64,000 nucleotides of DNA from Camelus ferus (GCF_009834535.1 NC_045697.1:80478001-80542000); one strand, 5' to 3'. Positions 39,072 to 52,679 are shown, counted from the stretch's first letter. The notes: generated by a model not told the origin, from the sequence alone. Numbers and translations are program-made.

Positions 39072-39905
39072 CTAGGTAAAAATCTACTTAGTTTATTGGT
39101 CAACTTTAGTTATTATTTATATTCTTTCTGACTGTCTGTGCTCCCTCTGGTGGATAATATTACACTAGGAAATTCTCCATTTATTTCTCCCTTTATCTCC
39201 CCAGACCTTATATATCCAACACAATAATACCAAACCTGACAAATTTAAAACTCTGCAGCTAAGTGATACATTCATGTTCCTTTTATTATATAGTATTGTA
39301 TGAGTGTAGAATTTCCCCCATCATACTGAAAGCTAAATGAATGATAGCACAATTAACTATCCCAATTTATGGCAATGACAAAAAGTTTTTCAAGCTCATG
39401 AGACAACTGACAAATCATGAATATACCAGAATATTTCTTCACAAAAATACTTAGAATATATTTGTTCTACTTCAAAGAATCCAATAAAACAATTAATTTG
39501 ACTTTATCTCTCATTTTTAGTATGCAAGGAGTACTTTGAGAATCATACAATTCTCTGCTAGTACTAGCCAAAAGGAATGCCCTGGCTTTCCTGTTTAACA
39601 CACTTTTCAATTTTAAATAAAGCAGACTAAAAAGCTATAGGATCCAAGCTCTTAAATTACCAAGAATAAACTCACTCAGAATTCTACAATTTCATGAGTA
39701 AATATCCTTATTTTTTAAAACAATGTAAAAAAAAACCCAATGTTTTCTTCCTGGCCCACCATTAACAACCATGCAAATAATTTTTCAAAAAAGACCTCCA
39801 GTATAATCTTGTTTTCAGCCTGAATAAAATGAGTGATAGTAACATTCATAAATCCAAGAATTAGTCCTTAGAATAAAATTCTTCAGATATATAATTAGTC
39901 TAGAA

Positions 39906-39990
39906 CAGCAGTGGAATTTTAGAGCCCTGTCGGTTCCTTTAAGCCATCTCCTCGCAACCCACAAACGCACACCTGATTTGAAAACCAGTG
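39906..39990. mobile_element. Small hAT-Charlie type DNA transposon relic
   Basis: 8-bp TSD gtctagaa/gtctagac fitting the NTCTAGAN hAT target consensus; end 'tttgaaaaccagtg'. Confidence 0.6.
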
Positions 39991-40057
39991 GTCTAGACTA
40001 GAGAATCTATTTTTTTTCTGTCCCTAAATCACTTTTTATGCAAATTCATAACTGAAG

Positions 40058-40093
40058 TTGTTAAAGACTTTGTTAAAGACTTAGTTAAAAACT
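40058..40093. repeat. 12-bp tandem repeat x3 (ttgttaaagact)
   Basis: directly visible; third copy has 2 mismatches. Confidence 0.85.
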
Positions 40094-40984
40094 AGATGTG
40101 TCAAAAACAGTCTATGTTCTTAAATCTCTTAAATTTTGGGATTAAGATTTTAAATGGTGAGTGCACCATTCACATATATAACCCTAGACGTTATTTTGAC
40201 AATTGGGGCAAAAAAGTAATACTTTCTGCCCATTATTCTCCATATTGATTACCCCTACCATTGCCTCATTTGAACTTCGCATAAAAGTTAATACCAAAAT
40301 CCTTAATTTTATTTGTGTAGCTATAATGGCTTTCCATTCGCACAATTAACCTGTTACCAAACATCAAAGAGAGTTTGTTCTGAGTTTGCTCCTTAGGGTC
40401 TCCTCAGTGATAAGAGAAGCATGAACATCCTGAATACAAGCAGACTAAAAATGAGATTTCTTTGCAAAGCCTCCGTGCTTCCTGCTGCTTTTCACTACCA
40501 GATCATTCCCTGGAATAAGTCCCTTCAGTTTAGCTGTACAGCTCATAATATTTTTGTTCTCCAGAATCACAGGTCTTGGGCTGGAGGTTGAGAAAGATTG
40601 GTGGGTGGAAATGTTATGCATCTGAATGAACACATCCTTCTTAGCTCATTCTCAATAGATATGGCTCCAACTACATACCTCCTCATCCATCTCTCCATTC
40701 ATCAAACATCCAGTGAATATCTAATATTTGAATTTGTGTGCTAGGATTACAAAGTCAAAAAAAAAAAAAGTGGTGAGAGGGATTTTTTCCCATGAAAAGT
40801 CTGAATACTGGTATAGGAAACATAATTACAAAAATGGGAGGAGAACTTCACAGGAGCATGGAGTTCTGAAATTTCACAGTGACCCAATTGTGGCACAGAT
40901 TAGCAGCCAGAGAAGGGCCAATTACTCACTAAAAATCAGTGGCATGAATAAATATATCATATATTATTCTGCAATTATAGCCAG

Positions 40985-41635
40985 TGTAAGACGTAAAATA
41001 GAAAAAATAAGATTTTTATTTTGCAGTGAATGAGACAATAATATTTATTTGCTGGAAATGCAGTATATACCAAGAATTCTGAAGAAAATAATTTGAAAAC
41101 TCTTAGCACAAAATAATTCAGTAAAAGGGTCAGGTATATGAGAGATATGAAAAACAATAGCTTTCCAGTAAATTATTATCACCTAGCAGATATAATGAAT
41201 GAAAAGTATTTCATTCCAAATAGCAACAAAATACTACAAAGGGACATATCCTAAGAAGAAATATGATCCACATTAAGGAAATTATGAAACTTTATTGAAA
41301 AACAGGAAAAATTCTAATGTGTATAAACATAAAATTTTCCTTGTGAGAATATTTTAATGATGTCATTTCTTCTCAAATTAATGTTTATACTTCTAGGACT
41401 CTAAGTGAAAATAAATAGTAGGCTCATTTTAGGACTTTGAAATAAAGATTTGAATATTTATTTGGAATGATTAAAAAAAAGAAAGCCGAGAGAAGCTAAA
41501 CATTTTTCTTTCTTCCTATAAGAGTGGAAAAATCTTGCCCTCATAATTAATAGATTTTAAAAATATATTATAAAACTAGAAATAATGCTATTCATTGCCA
41601 TAAGAATTGGTAGATAAATTAAGCAGACCATAGTA
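40985..41635 (+). mobile_element. Old L1 ORF2 remnant, heavily degraded
   Basis: 'aataattcagtaaaagggtcaggtatatgaga...aacaatagctttcc...gaaattatgaaactttattgaaa...tttcttctcaaattaat'. Confidence 0.7.
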
Positions 41636-41669
41636 TATGTATGGAGGGGTGTGTGTGTGTATATACAAA

Positions 41670-41815
41670 ATATACAAAATATCTTGTAATAGCCTATAAT
41701 GAAAAAGAATAGGAAAAGGAAAAAAAAAATATATATATATATATCTGAATCACTATACTGCACACCAGAAACTAGCACAACATTGTAAATTGACTATACT
41801 ACATTTCAAAAAAAA
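41670..41815 (+). mobile_element. L1 extreme 3' end
   Basis: 'aatatcttgtaatagcctataatgaaaaagaat...ctgaatcactatactgcacaccagaaactagcacaacattgtaaattgactatact' plus A tail. Confidence 0.9.
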
Positions 41816-41925
41816 TCATTCACTATATTCCCAATGCTGTACACTATATTCCCGTGACTTGTTTAGTTTATTTTATAACTGGAACTTTGTACCTCCTGAT
41901 CCCCGTCACCTATTTCCCTCAACTG
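41816..41925 (-). mobile_element. L1 3'UTR fragment, antisense
   Basis: 'cactatattcccaatgctgtacactatattcccgtgactt...tttataactggaactttgtacctc'. Confidence 0.8.
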
Positions 41926-42044
41926 CTACACTGAGAATACTTTTTCATGTGTGATTTCTTTTCCTATCTTTAAAATTAAGGTTAACCTGTATATTTAATT
42001 TTTAATCAATCACTTTACATTATTTTACCCTAGGAGATTATACA

Positions 42045-42182
42045 TGTGTGTGTATGTGTGTGGTGCAGAGAGGGAGAGCAAGAATGAGAGTTAGAGGGGA
42101 TGAGAGAGAAGGAGAGAGAGAGAGAGAGTGAGTGAAAGAGAGAGAGAGAGGAAGGGAGAAAGAGAGAAAAAGAGACAAGAGG
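42045..42182. repeat. (TG)n / (GA)n low-complexity tract
   Basis: directly visible. Confidence 0.9.
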
Positions 42183-42294
42183 GAATAGGCATTCCTTGGG
42201 GAAAAAAAGGGCTTGAATTAAGGCACTTTGTTGCCTGGCTATCTTTTGACCTACTACAGCTTTTTCTAAACAGTAATTGGAATAGGAGCATCTA

Positions 42295-42848
42295 TGTGCA
42301 GTGGATTACTTGCAAAGATGGTCGCCCCAAATTCCTTTCATCCCTGTACATGTATTCCCCTCCTTCCATCAAGAGGTGAAGTCTGTCTCCCTTAGTCCTT
42401 GAATCTGGGCTGGTCCCGTGACTTGCTTTGACCAGTAGACTGTGGACGTGGTTTAGTTGACTTCTGGGCCTAGGTCTGAAGAGACTGCATCTTCTGTTTT
42501 TTCACTCTTTTAGAAGCTGGTTGTCATGTAAAGAATTTTAACTATCTGGCTAGAAAAAGATGGGAGATAGAGCAGGGCCTTGGAGGATGAGAAACTGTGA
42601 AGTAATGGAGAGAGACGCAGTTAATCTCCAGTCATTCTGAGTGCCTCGCTGCGTGCCAAGTTTGTGGCTGAAGCTCTCGTGGACCCTCCAGCCCCAGCTG
42701 ATTTGCCCCTGCTAACATCACCTGGTGCAGAGACCAGCTACCCCTAGTGAAACTTATCCAAAAGGCAGAGTTGTCAGCCAGTTTGTTGCTGTCTCAAGCC
42801 TTTAAGTATTGGGATAATTTGTTATGCAGCACAGAGTTAACTGAAACA
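42295..42848 (+). mobile_element. MaLR LTR (MLT1G/H-like); further MLT1-like debris continues to about 43180
   Basis: 'ccatcaagaggtgaagtctg...ttgaatctgggctggtcccgtgacttgctttgacca...aatttgttatgcagcacagagttaactgaaaca'. Confidence 0.85.
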
Positions 42849-43409
42849 CTATATGCTAACGATGAGAGGGGCTTCTGAGGCATACAGCCACGGCCATGAC
42901 CCTTTTTCTTCCTCCAACCCCCACTTTTTTCTCCTTCCTGAAATATGACAGCTACAGATGCAGCAGCCACCATATGACCACAAGGTGACAAGTATAAGGA
43001 TGAAGCCCTATATGTTAAGAACAGCAAGAAGAAAGACGGGAAGAGCTGATGGCATCCTTGAACTACTATACCTGCCTTACATCGGCTTATAGCTAAAATT
43101 CTTGTAGTCGAATAATTGCTTACATGTTTAAATGTTAAACTTAGCTGTTAGGTTTACTGTCCCTTCCAGCTGAATGTAATTTAAACTGACTCAGCAGGCT
43201 TTTAAATTTTTGGTAAAATTTAAAGTCATAAAAAAAAAAAAAACCCATGATGTAACTGTATGTGGCTGAATTAGGTTTCAAATATAGCTCTCCTAACAAT
43301 AAGAAAAGTCTATCTCTCTTTATCCAGCCATCTCTCATCTATCAAAATGAATTAAAAAAAAAGATGCAATATCTCAAAATTCACTTTAACTTTTTATAAT
43401 GAATGGTCC

Positions 43410-43580
43410 ATTCACTTAATCACTTAATTAACCTTACTGAACTTTGTTTTCTTCAGCCATAAAATAGGATTAAGCAGCGTAGCTACCATGCACTGTTGCT
43501 GAGAGGTAGAGAAAATGTGTGTAAGATGCTTAGGCTTGTGTTTACACTAAGTACAGAATAAATGTTAGCTATAATTATTT
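43410..43580 (+). mobile_element. MIR SINE
   Basis: 'tcacttaattaaccttactgaactttgttttcttcagccataaaatagg...aataaatgttagctat'. Confidence 0.75.
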
Positions 43581-45839
43581 CCATGAAGTTTTCATTTTCA
43601 TTGGTCTAGTTTTGGTTTCTTCCATTTTCAACAGTAAGAATAATTAATTTTATAATCAGAAAACAAAACAAAACAAAAAGAGTCTTGTAGAAAAAGCTCT
43701 GGATGGTACTTACACAATATTGAGCTCCAACAGAAATATAAAGTTCCATGGAGCAGAGGTTGAATTTCAAAGAGGCTGAGTTTGTGGCTTGGAAATATTT
43801 ATTCACTGCTTGAAATATTTATTAGTATTATTTAAATATTTTGTTTAATATTTAATGGCAAAAATACATCTTTATGGCAACATGGATCTTTATTTTACAC
43901 TCATCTATGTATCCTTGATTAAACCTGTATACTTTAAAATTGCCTCAAAACCCCATCCAGTAAAACTGCAGTGTTTCTAGGTAGGTATTCACAAAACATC
44001 AAGTTGAACTTGTCTAAGATTTTTCTTTTTCTGAACATATGGCAAAGAGGTGGGAGCTTACACTTTTAGTTACTTACACTCACTGGATTTGCCTGGGCTG
44101 ATATATTTCTGGAACTTTAATATTACTCAAAATAAAGTAGAGAAAACAGCACAAGGAATTTGATTTTTTCTGACTAGTGGTTGATTGCCAGTGTTGATGG
44201 AAGTCTGGCAATTATAGCAATAGAGTCTGATGGCTTTGGATTCTTGAATTTTAAGTTAACTTGAAGGTGGGTGCTCCACTTTCTGTTCTGCTACTGACTG
44301 GCTGCCTATAATTATCATATTGTCCTGGTTTTTTAATGTGTAAAATTGGGTTATAATGCTGACTTTTTCTTTGTTTTTCTCTCTTTCAGAGTATCACTAT
44401 TTTCTAGATTCTTTATAGTAGAGTATAACAATGCATATAATATATCCAGATAAAATTAAACTAGGTAACTAAGAAAATCACCACAAGGGAATACTGAAAT
44501 GAGAGAAAATGGAACTAGGAGTAGTAAAATGTTTGCCAAGAGATACTGTGTGCTTGTTGGATATGGGCCATGATTTTGACTGCATGTTCTCTAACAGCCA
44601 ACAAAAAAGAAAAGAAAATGTATTACACAATGTGGAAGGTCAGTAGATAAAACTGACCTTATCAATAGCCGTAGAAAACCCAGAAAAAAACAGTTGCTCC
44701 AGAGATAATATGCTCCCCAAAACTTCTCTGCAGGAGATACAATAACACTGTCATAGGGCAATTTCATATAAAATTCTTCAAAATAGACCAACGAGAGTAC
44801 ACCAAAGCACAATTCTCTGTGATCAATCTAGATGGGACTGCAACACTATAAATTCGGGTATAAGCTTTCTGATGGAAGCACCTGGAGACATGGAAGGGTG
44901 GCACAACTTTTAAGCAGTCTTCAATCGACCACATTTCTTTCAAATGAGCCTTGTTAAGAACTGGATTGTATTCACAACACACTGCCAGTTACATTTCAAG
45001 TTAATTGCCAGTTAAGTTTCAACAGAGCTGGCAAGGAGAACTGACATTCTCTTGTGCAAGTTGAGCTTAGCGAGGACCGTGCCAGAACAGAGAGCCGCTT
45101 TACCTCTTTGTGCAGATGGGCTGAGGAGTCACCTGTGGGCAAGGCCAGATCTCCTCATGAATAAGAGCCATGGGATGAGGTTGTCCAAAAGGATGGAAAA
45201 AAGTTAAAATGAAATAGTAAGTGACAAAACAGACATTTAATTAGATGAAGTCTAAAAAAAAAAAAAAAAAGCAAAGATAAGGTATAATTTTAAGGCAAGA
45301 GAATTTATCCCAAAGACAAAATATAAATTTTAAAATATGGAAGAAGCAATTTTAAGAAAATGAAGCCTGAAAATAAATAGATGCCAAAGAAGAAAGGTCT
45401 AAACAGTGTAAAGTTAAGAAAGAGATTATTAAGACTAAAAAGTAGTTTTTAAGACTATAAAATAAGTTAAATTATGTTTATTTAAAATATAGGGATAAGC
45501 TTTTAAGTTAAAGAAAAATAAGAGGTAGAAGATCTAAAATATAAAAATGAATTAGAATAAAAGTCAGAAGTAAACATTATACAATTATCAATATTATCAT
45601 ATTGATATATCAATATATTATTATTTTTAATAAATTTTAAGTCAATGTTGAGGCGATGAACCACAGAAATCATGTTTTAAGGCAAAAAACTCAGCCATGC
45701 TCTAGGCAGGCTAGCAAGAGGAGTCCTTAGTTAAGAAAGATGCTTGGTTGGAGGTGACTTCCCAAGTGGTCAGAAGGTGTGTCCTTCCTGAGAGAGCAGA
45801 GCTATGCAAATTCTTCAGCTTATATTTTTAGTAAAGAGC

Positions 45840-46170
45840 TTCACTCCTGTTATAAACATTCACAATTATAAAAAAAATTGTGATACACATTCATGTATCT
45901 ACATCTTTTCATACATTTTTTGTTTTTTAGGATAAAGTACTGAAAGTTTAGTTGGCTAAAATACATACACATTTAAAAAAGGTTTTTAATGATACATAAT
46001 GTCAATTTGTCCTCCTGGGGCTGGTAGCAATTTGTATTCAATTAACTGTGCATAAAGCATCAATTTCACTTCCCCCTTCTCTAACACTGTTTTCTTTGGT
46101 AATCTGATAGCTAGAAAATATCTTGTCTTAAATTGTGCTTCTTTGTTCCTGAAATTGAACCGATTCTTAT
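45840..46170 (-). mobile_element. Old L1 (L1ME-like) fragment
   Basis: reverse L1 3' motifs 'gtaatctgatagctagaaaatatcttg...aaattgtgcttctttg...aaattgaac'. Confidence 0.55.
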
Positions 46171-47332
46171 GAAAGAAAAATCAGAACTTAATCCTTCCTC
46201 TTTCCTCTCTCCGTTAATTTTGATATAAATGTTAGAATACTTCTCACAAGGTAAATAACTTAATTGGCAAATAATTTTGGAGTAGTCACTACATATAAAA
46301 CATGTTTGCTTGTATTCCTTTTGTTAAACAGGCCTTTACCAAACATCCCGCTTACTGGTTAGTTCTCAAATCTGGCTTGATTCCTACGAATTAGGAAAAT
46401 GGAAATGATTAATTAGTGACAATAGTTGTTTGAATTCCGAAGGTTATTTGGTAACATAAAACATGCTGACTCGTATGAACTTCCAGCTAGTTTAATTAAA
46501 ATTTAAAATGAAACAATAAATTAAACTCAAATTGCTCTATTGAACAATCAAAAATAGTTGTCTTTTATGATAATCAAGTTGTATTATCAGTTTTTTTGGT
46601 ATTTTGGGGTATTATCTGAACTTGAACATTAAAACAAAGTGACATAAAATTAACATGAAATTTAAATTGCAGGTAATACACAATTCAAATTTTATTTTCT
46701 AAATATACTTTATGAACTACACATTTATATTCTTGTCTACTGCATACTGAGTTTTTCTTCTTTGGTTTTTAAAATGTTTTCTTATTGCCCATTTAGATGA
46801 TATTGAATATTCAGAAGATAGGGTCGACATAGAAACTATTCTAAGGTCAGTGAATGGGAAAATTTGATTGGTATATTAAGAAATATTTACATCCCTCACA
46901 AAAATAGTTTCAATATTGACAAGGGAAGAGAGATGGCCTCACATTTTAAAATTAGATTTCAGATTGCAACATATACAACGATAGGAAAGATTTAAAATTT
47001 CTTAGAGAAAATAAAGATTATAAAATAATTTAGTCAAAATTTTCAAGTAGCTTACACATTCATGGAAATTGTTCAAAATGTACAAAACTATTTGAAAGTC
47101 CTAAAAAAAATTCAAAATTGAAATTTCATTAGACACTATTTGAATATTTTTCCCTTGCTTTAATAGAGTTCACTGAGAACAGCTTTCAGTAAGCAAAGAG
47201 ATATTAAAGTTTAAATCTAAGACTTTAATTTTAGCAAAACAGTTGACTAATTGAGCAGAAAAACCCCTTCCAGCGTCGAATGCCTGAAACAATGGGTTAA
47301 ATGTTAAAAAAAAAAGTTTTAAAATCATAGCT

Positions 47333-47472
47333 GGGGGAGGGTATAGCTCAAGTGGTAGAGCACATGCTTAGCAGACACAGGGTCCTGGGTTCAATCTTCA
47401 TTACCTCCTCTAAAAATAAATAAACAAACAGACCTAATTACCTCTCTCTGCCCAGTAAAAATAAAATACATA
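47333..47472 (+). mobile_element. tRNA-derived SINE, camelid vic-1-like
   Basis: 'gggggagggtatagctcaagtggtagagc' (A box), 'gggttcaatc' (B box), tail 'acctaattacctc', A-rich end; 12-bp TSD aaaatcatagct/aaaatcacagct at 47321-47332 and 47473-47484. Confidence 0.9.
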
Positions 47473-47499
47473 AAAATCACAGCTAAGGTGGTAGTAAAT

Positions 47500-48975
47500 T
47501 AAGAAAAAACATCAGAGGGCAGAATTGACAAGAAAACACAAATCCAGAATGGTAAGTGAGCACTGGAGTCAGTGTTTGCCCGGAGAACCCCTAACCTGTC
47601 AGCAACCTTGGGCCTGGATTGTAAATTCTTATGCACCCACGGAGGTGGGAGGCAAAGCCTGGGTCTGAGTTTCATAGAAGGCTGGGTCAGCAATAGTCTC
47701 AAAAATCTGAGACCTCACTTCCCAGAGGACAACACCTGCAGTGACTGAACTTAAGGAGAAATCCCCTTTCAGAGGGAGATGTTGAGAGTACTTGCCCATC
47801 TAGCCTTGTGTATTATGATTTTTAGTGTTTTATAATGCTTTGATATCTTGGGGCCTCGCCAATCTGGGAGAGACTGTCCCTCCCAGGGCTACCTAATTCT
47901 TAGAGTTAGCAAACAACTTCCCTGTGATCATGCCTTTCATACACAAGCCAAATAATCCCGAGTCCATACCCTCAACTACCTCCTTTGTGTAACTCTCATA
48001 TACGAAGCCAAAATTCCTCTTGCCCTAAATCATCATAAGACCACAGATATTGGTCATGAATTCACACTACTGTGTGACTGAAAACCCAAGCCAATAATTA
48101 AGTTAAAGTGACTCTGGATCAGCAGTGGCCTCAAGAGCCTGGCAAAAGAAAACAGAAATCTGCTATGGGGCAAAGTACTTGAAACACAACTTTCAAACAC
48201 TTCTCAGAGTTCCAATGAATATCCTCTCCCAATAAAATGTCATTTAAAAACATGAAGAAATGAGCCATTAGCAAGGTTAGCAGAAACAAAATACTATGAG
48301 CCATACCTGCAAAGCCTGTAGATGTTAAAATAATCAGAAGAATATAAATGAGTACTTTTAAAATTCTTTAAGAGTGAATTAAAAATGTAAACAAAGACCA
48401 ATATTACTACTAAAGAACCAAACAGAAGTTCTAAAAACTAAAATATAAAATTAGACTCAAAAACCTAATTGATGGATAAAATAACACATTACACAGTTGA
48501 GGAAAGAATTACTAAATGGAAGATTGATGCAAAAAAATTACCCAGGATGCGGCAAAGAGAGAGAAGAAAACAAAAATATGAAAGAGATGGCAGAAGGAGA
48601 GTGCTCACATACTCCTAATGGTAGTTCCAGAATAATAAAATATTAAGAAAAAATATTTGAAGAGATAATTGCCATTTCAGATACACCAATATCAAATTCA
48701 GGAAACTCAGTGAGTCCCAAGGAGGTAAATAAAAACAAATACACAGCTAAACATAGTGAAATCAAGATATTAATGAAAAAGAGGAGATAGTTAAAGTATC
48801 AGAGAGTAAAAAAGATTAATCACAAAGGAAGAACAATTGTATTAAAAGTTGATTTCTCAACAGTGGAAACTGAAGTCAGAAAAAAGTGAAATAATACATT
48901 GCAAACACTGAGAGAGGATAGTTGGTACCGTAGCATTTCAGATGAGGCAGAACTTTCTTTCACAAATGAAATGTA
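47500..48975 (+). mobile_element. Old L1 5' region/ORF1 remnant, interrupted by an LTR
   Basis: ORF1-like 'gaaagaattactaaatggaagat...aaaatatttgaagagataat...caaattcaggaaactcagtgagtcccaag...gatttctcaacag'. Confidence 0.8.
47809..48045 (+). mobile_element. ERVL LTR fragment (MER74/MER54-like)
   Basis: 'tgatatcttggggcctcgcc...ggagagactgtccctcccagggctacctaattcttagagttagcaaacaact'. Confidence 0.7.
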
Positions 48976-51900
48976 CATGGGTATTTTACACAAGAAAAAG
49001 AATTCAAGTTACTGGCTGTTAATATGTAGTCTTGTCTACTTTAGAACATGAATTGTGTAATCAGTTTAAACTCTCCCTTCCCCAGAGTCCAGCGACATGG
49101 AATTTGTGCTTAATGATGGGAGTGCAAACAATTCTCTCAGAACCTTGCCCCTCTTTGAGCCTTTAGTGTGCTGGTGTTGAGGCAGTGAGGAAGAAGAGTC
49201 AAAATATGTATATACACAACTACCTGTGAATAATTGGCTGATGTTTACTTTGTTCGTTGAAACTGCTCTTCCATTACTTAAACCAAGAATCCTCCATGGG
49301 TGGACTGCCCTTCTCTTCCTGTCAGTTGCAGCTACTTCTCTGTGTTAGGCATCCAGATGCTGGTTTTCTCATGGGCAGGTTTTCTGTGGAAAGCTCTAAG
49401 GGACTCACCCTTTATAGTTCTGGCTTGGGAAAGTCAGCTGAGGCTGGACCACGTACTACCCCTCATTTCTGCCAGGAGAAGTTTACTTCATTACTTCTTG
49501 TGGTTGGGGATTCCTATCCTAGTTTGTAGCTCTCTTAGGGAGTGCTATGTAAATTAACTCAATGTCTAATCGACACCTGTAGTGACTGTGGGAAACACAG
49601 ATAGCCCACATCACACAGCAGGAGTACAGGCTGTGCCCCCTCGCAGTTTCTCTTCATAAGGTCTCTTGCCCTTCTCTTTTGTCATCAGCAGCTTTACGTC
49701 TAGGGCAGCAAGTGCCCCGCTGGTTCAGTTCCTTAGAAACTTTCACAAGACGGATGCTCACCCGTCACAACTTAGTGGAAGGAGTAATGTGTCTGGCATC
49801 CTCAACCTTGTAGGATGGGAAAGGATATATTGAAAGCTCCTTCTCATCGACGAGAGGAGTATGGGAAACTGCTCCACCGGCTCTGATTCCTGTAAAAGAT
49901 GACTTCCAGCCTTCTGTCTCTTCATATGGGGAAGTGGAGGGTTGGGATGGCAGAAGGTTCCAACTGCATTGAAATAGTGCCTCTCAGCAATCCTCTCTGC
50001 AAAGTGTTTGGCCCTGATAGTTTTTTGATTTCAGAATTTGACTTTAGAATGTGGATTTTGGACATTAATTCTGGGAAAGTAGGAAAGTATATTTGCACCA
50101 CTTGGTGTTAGACTGTGGACTCTAAGGCATTAATTCTGGGACTGTAAGAAAGTTTTCCACTGGGACTCTACAACACTGTGTTTTAATAACATAACTTATC
50201 ATCAAAGACAAACATTGTCCTTTGCCTAAATGTTATGCAAGCATCATTAAAGATCATTGAATTCTCTGAACTATATTAAAAACTAATGTTTGTAGTAAAA
50301 CAATACAAGTTTTAAAATATGGGCAACTGTGGTTGTTGGCAATAACAGCCAACTATAAATAGCATTAGAAATACACAATGAAAGTAAATTACGTGCAATT
50401 AAATATAGATAAGAAAGCATTCTAGTTTGCAGAATTGTCCAGAATGAATAGGATATAGAGCCACGCAATCTGAGAACTTTTCGGGTACTAATTTCCTTTA
50501 TATATTCAATTTCATACTTCCAAGACTTATTCTGAGTCTTAAACTAACTAAGGCCTGAAGGGAAAACTCATTTTCTATTCTTATTTCTACTCTCTCTATG
50601 CTTAGTCAGATTAGCACAATAATAATAAAAAATTTGGATGACCATTTTAATCTAGTTTTAATACAAATTAGTATAAGAAAAAGGCAAGTTCCTTCCACAC
50701 AGAATATTCAGCCAAAGGTATAATTAAATGAAAAATTGATTCAAGGCCACACTTTCTCATCTGATGGCCAAAGATCAGTTGAGTTTGTTTTTATTTAATG
50801 TTTATTTCTTTATAAATTCTTCCTGATTTTATACTAAGTTATTTTCAGACTTTGTCCTTCAAGAAGAACTCAAATCTCTGTCACATCTAGCCTCTTTGAA
50901 AGCCATTACATTTCTTTAGAAAAAAAATTAAGAAATCCTAACTTAAAGGTATAACAATAGTCTTATTCACTGATTAGCTTCTTAATAATTAAAAAGCAAA
51001 GGGTGGCTGTAATGAATGAAGATTGATTTTGACGTAATGCTCAGCATATATCTACGAAGAAATTTAGCACGCTTGTAGTTGATGTAATTAGGAGAAGTAA
51101 AGCTCTTGGAAACACAGCTAAGAAGTTTATGAACTGACTTGTCTGATGCGACACTTAGGCTCTCCAGGGAGAGCTGATCACAAACACCTGCACCATCTGA
51201 ATGGCTGCTGGCGGAATGAAATTTGGCAATAATTGGTTTAAATAAAGTTTCCATTTACAGTTAAAATAAGGAGCGATACTTTTAATAAATCCACAAAATC
51301 ACACCCTGGAAAACAGAAATAATTTTTTAAAGTTTCATTTTATGGAAGAAATATATCTTCAAGATACATTCTCAAAACTTCATTTTGGAAATGTCTGTTA
51401 CCTTATAATCATTCGAAAGCAAACATGGAAAAAGTTTCCCTCATTTACTGATTTAAAAAAATATAATTAACTGGTTAAGATGCATAAGAAAGAATAGGTT
51501 CTCTAATCTCTTTCCCAAGCTACCTATTTTAAATTCTTATCATTTATAGAAAAGAACTAACTCTAACGTTTCTCAAGTTGCATTCTTTAGTTTTGAATAT
51601 ATAAGGGGAAAAGGCAGAATATTTTATTGGCAAAAACTATTGTTTCTGATTGTCCCTTCTTTTTGAGAAAACTCCACTGTTGCATATGATTTGTTTCAAT
51701 ATGCTAAAAAAAAATCATTGCTATAAAATTTCACTTTTGTAAACTATTTAACATTTCCATCATTTTGAAAAAGCTAAAATATTATGCTTCATTATGTTAT
51801 TTGTGAACATACTTTTCTCTTCCAATATTCAATATGCGTTAATGATGCAAGCAGACACTTCTTGGGTTCTCTGGTGTCACTCTTTCTGCCTCTTGAAATC

Positions 51901-52665
51901 ACATGAAATGGTCTAATGCATGATTTAATGTCAACATTATGGCTTCAAATATTCTTCTCTAAAAGAAAACCAGAACTTCTTGAAATACAGATGACGCTAC
52001 CTTTTAAGATTGGAAAAATAAGAATGGACTTAAAATATCTTAATGTTATCAAAAACAAGGATGCTTTCAGAAATATCTGAGGTAGTATGAAAAAAAAGGA
52101 AAAGAGGCTAGTTTGTGAGAGGACTTCCATGGGCCCAGGATATCAACTTTAACATTAAAAAGGAAAAAATGATAATAGTCAATTTAAGCACGTTAATCAT
52201 GTTAAAAGACACATGATTCTGTGATGAAATGAAGACAGAACAAGTTAAAAAGTGATTATAATCCTCATATAGGCTTCTAATACTTGAATAAAAAGTGCAA
52301 TATATTAATCTCAACTATTTGAGACAGACACTAAAGTTTTGATCAATGATAGATTTTTAAGATACAGAAGTTGATCCTTCTTTATTTTTTAATGGAGATA
52401 AAAATGTTGAGACAAACATACGTAAAAGATGGGAAAATGTCTTGTTTTCAAGGTGGGGAAATGTATTTGAATTAGTTAAGAAAAATAAAATGTCAGTAAA
52501 TCAAAGGGAAAGAATACAAATCAACAAGACCTTGTAAAAAAAACCCAGGAAAATTAACATGAGGGAAACTGCAGAATGCTTGCATTTTAATGATACAAAA
52601 ATGAGTCCAACCAAGAACACAGAGGGACTTTGACCCAGTGGCGTGGAAACAAATCGTGCATTTAG

Positions 52666-52679
52666 GTTGCCTTGGCAAC
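52666..52679. promoter_or_regulatory. RFX X-box motif GTTGCCTTGGCAAC
   Basis: 13/14 match to the palindromic RFX consensus GTTGCCATGGCAAC in apparently unique sequence; function not shown. Confidence 0.5.

Noticed and set aside
47333..47410. tRNA gene
   Set aside because: The tRNA-like head is followed by a SINE tail, an A-rich end and TSDs, and the stems are degenerate.
49050..49950. GC-richer block as promoter or exon
   Set aside because: Not a CpG island and no ORF support; probably an old unassigned LTR or L1-derived relic, as are about 29230-29780 and 57200-58340.
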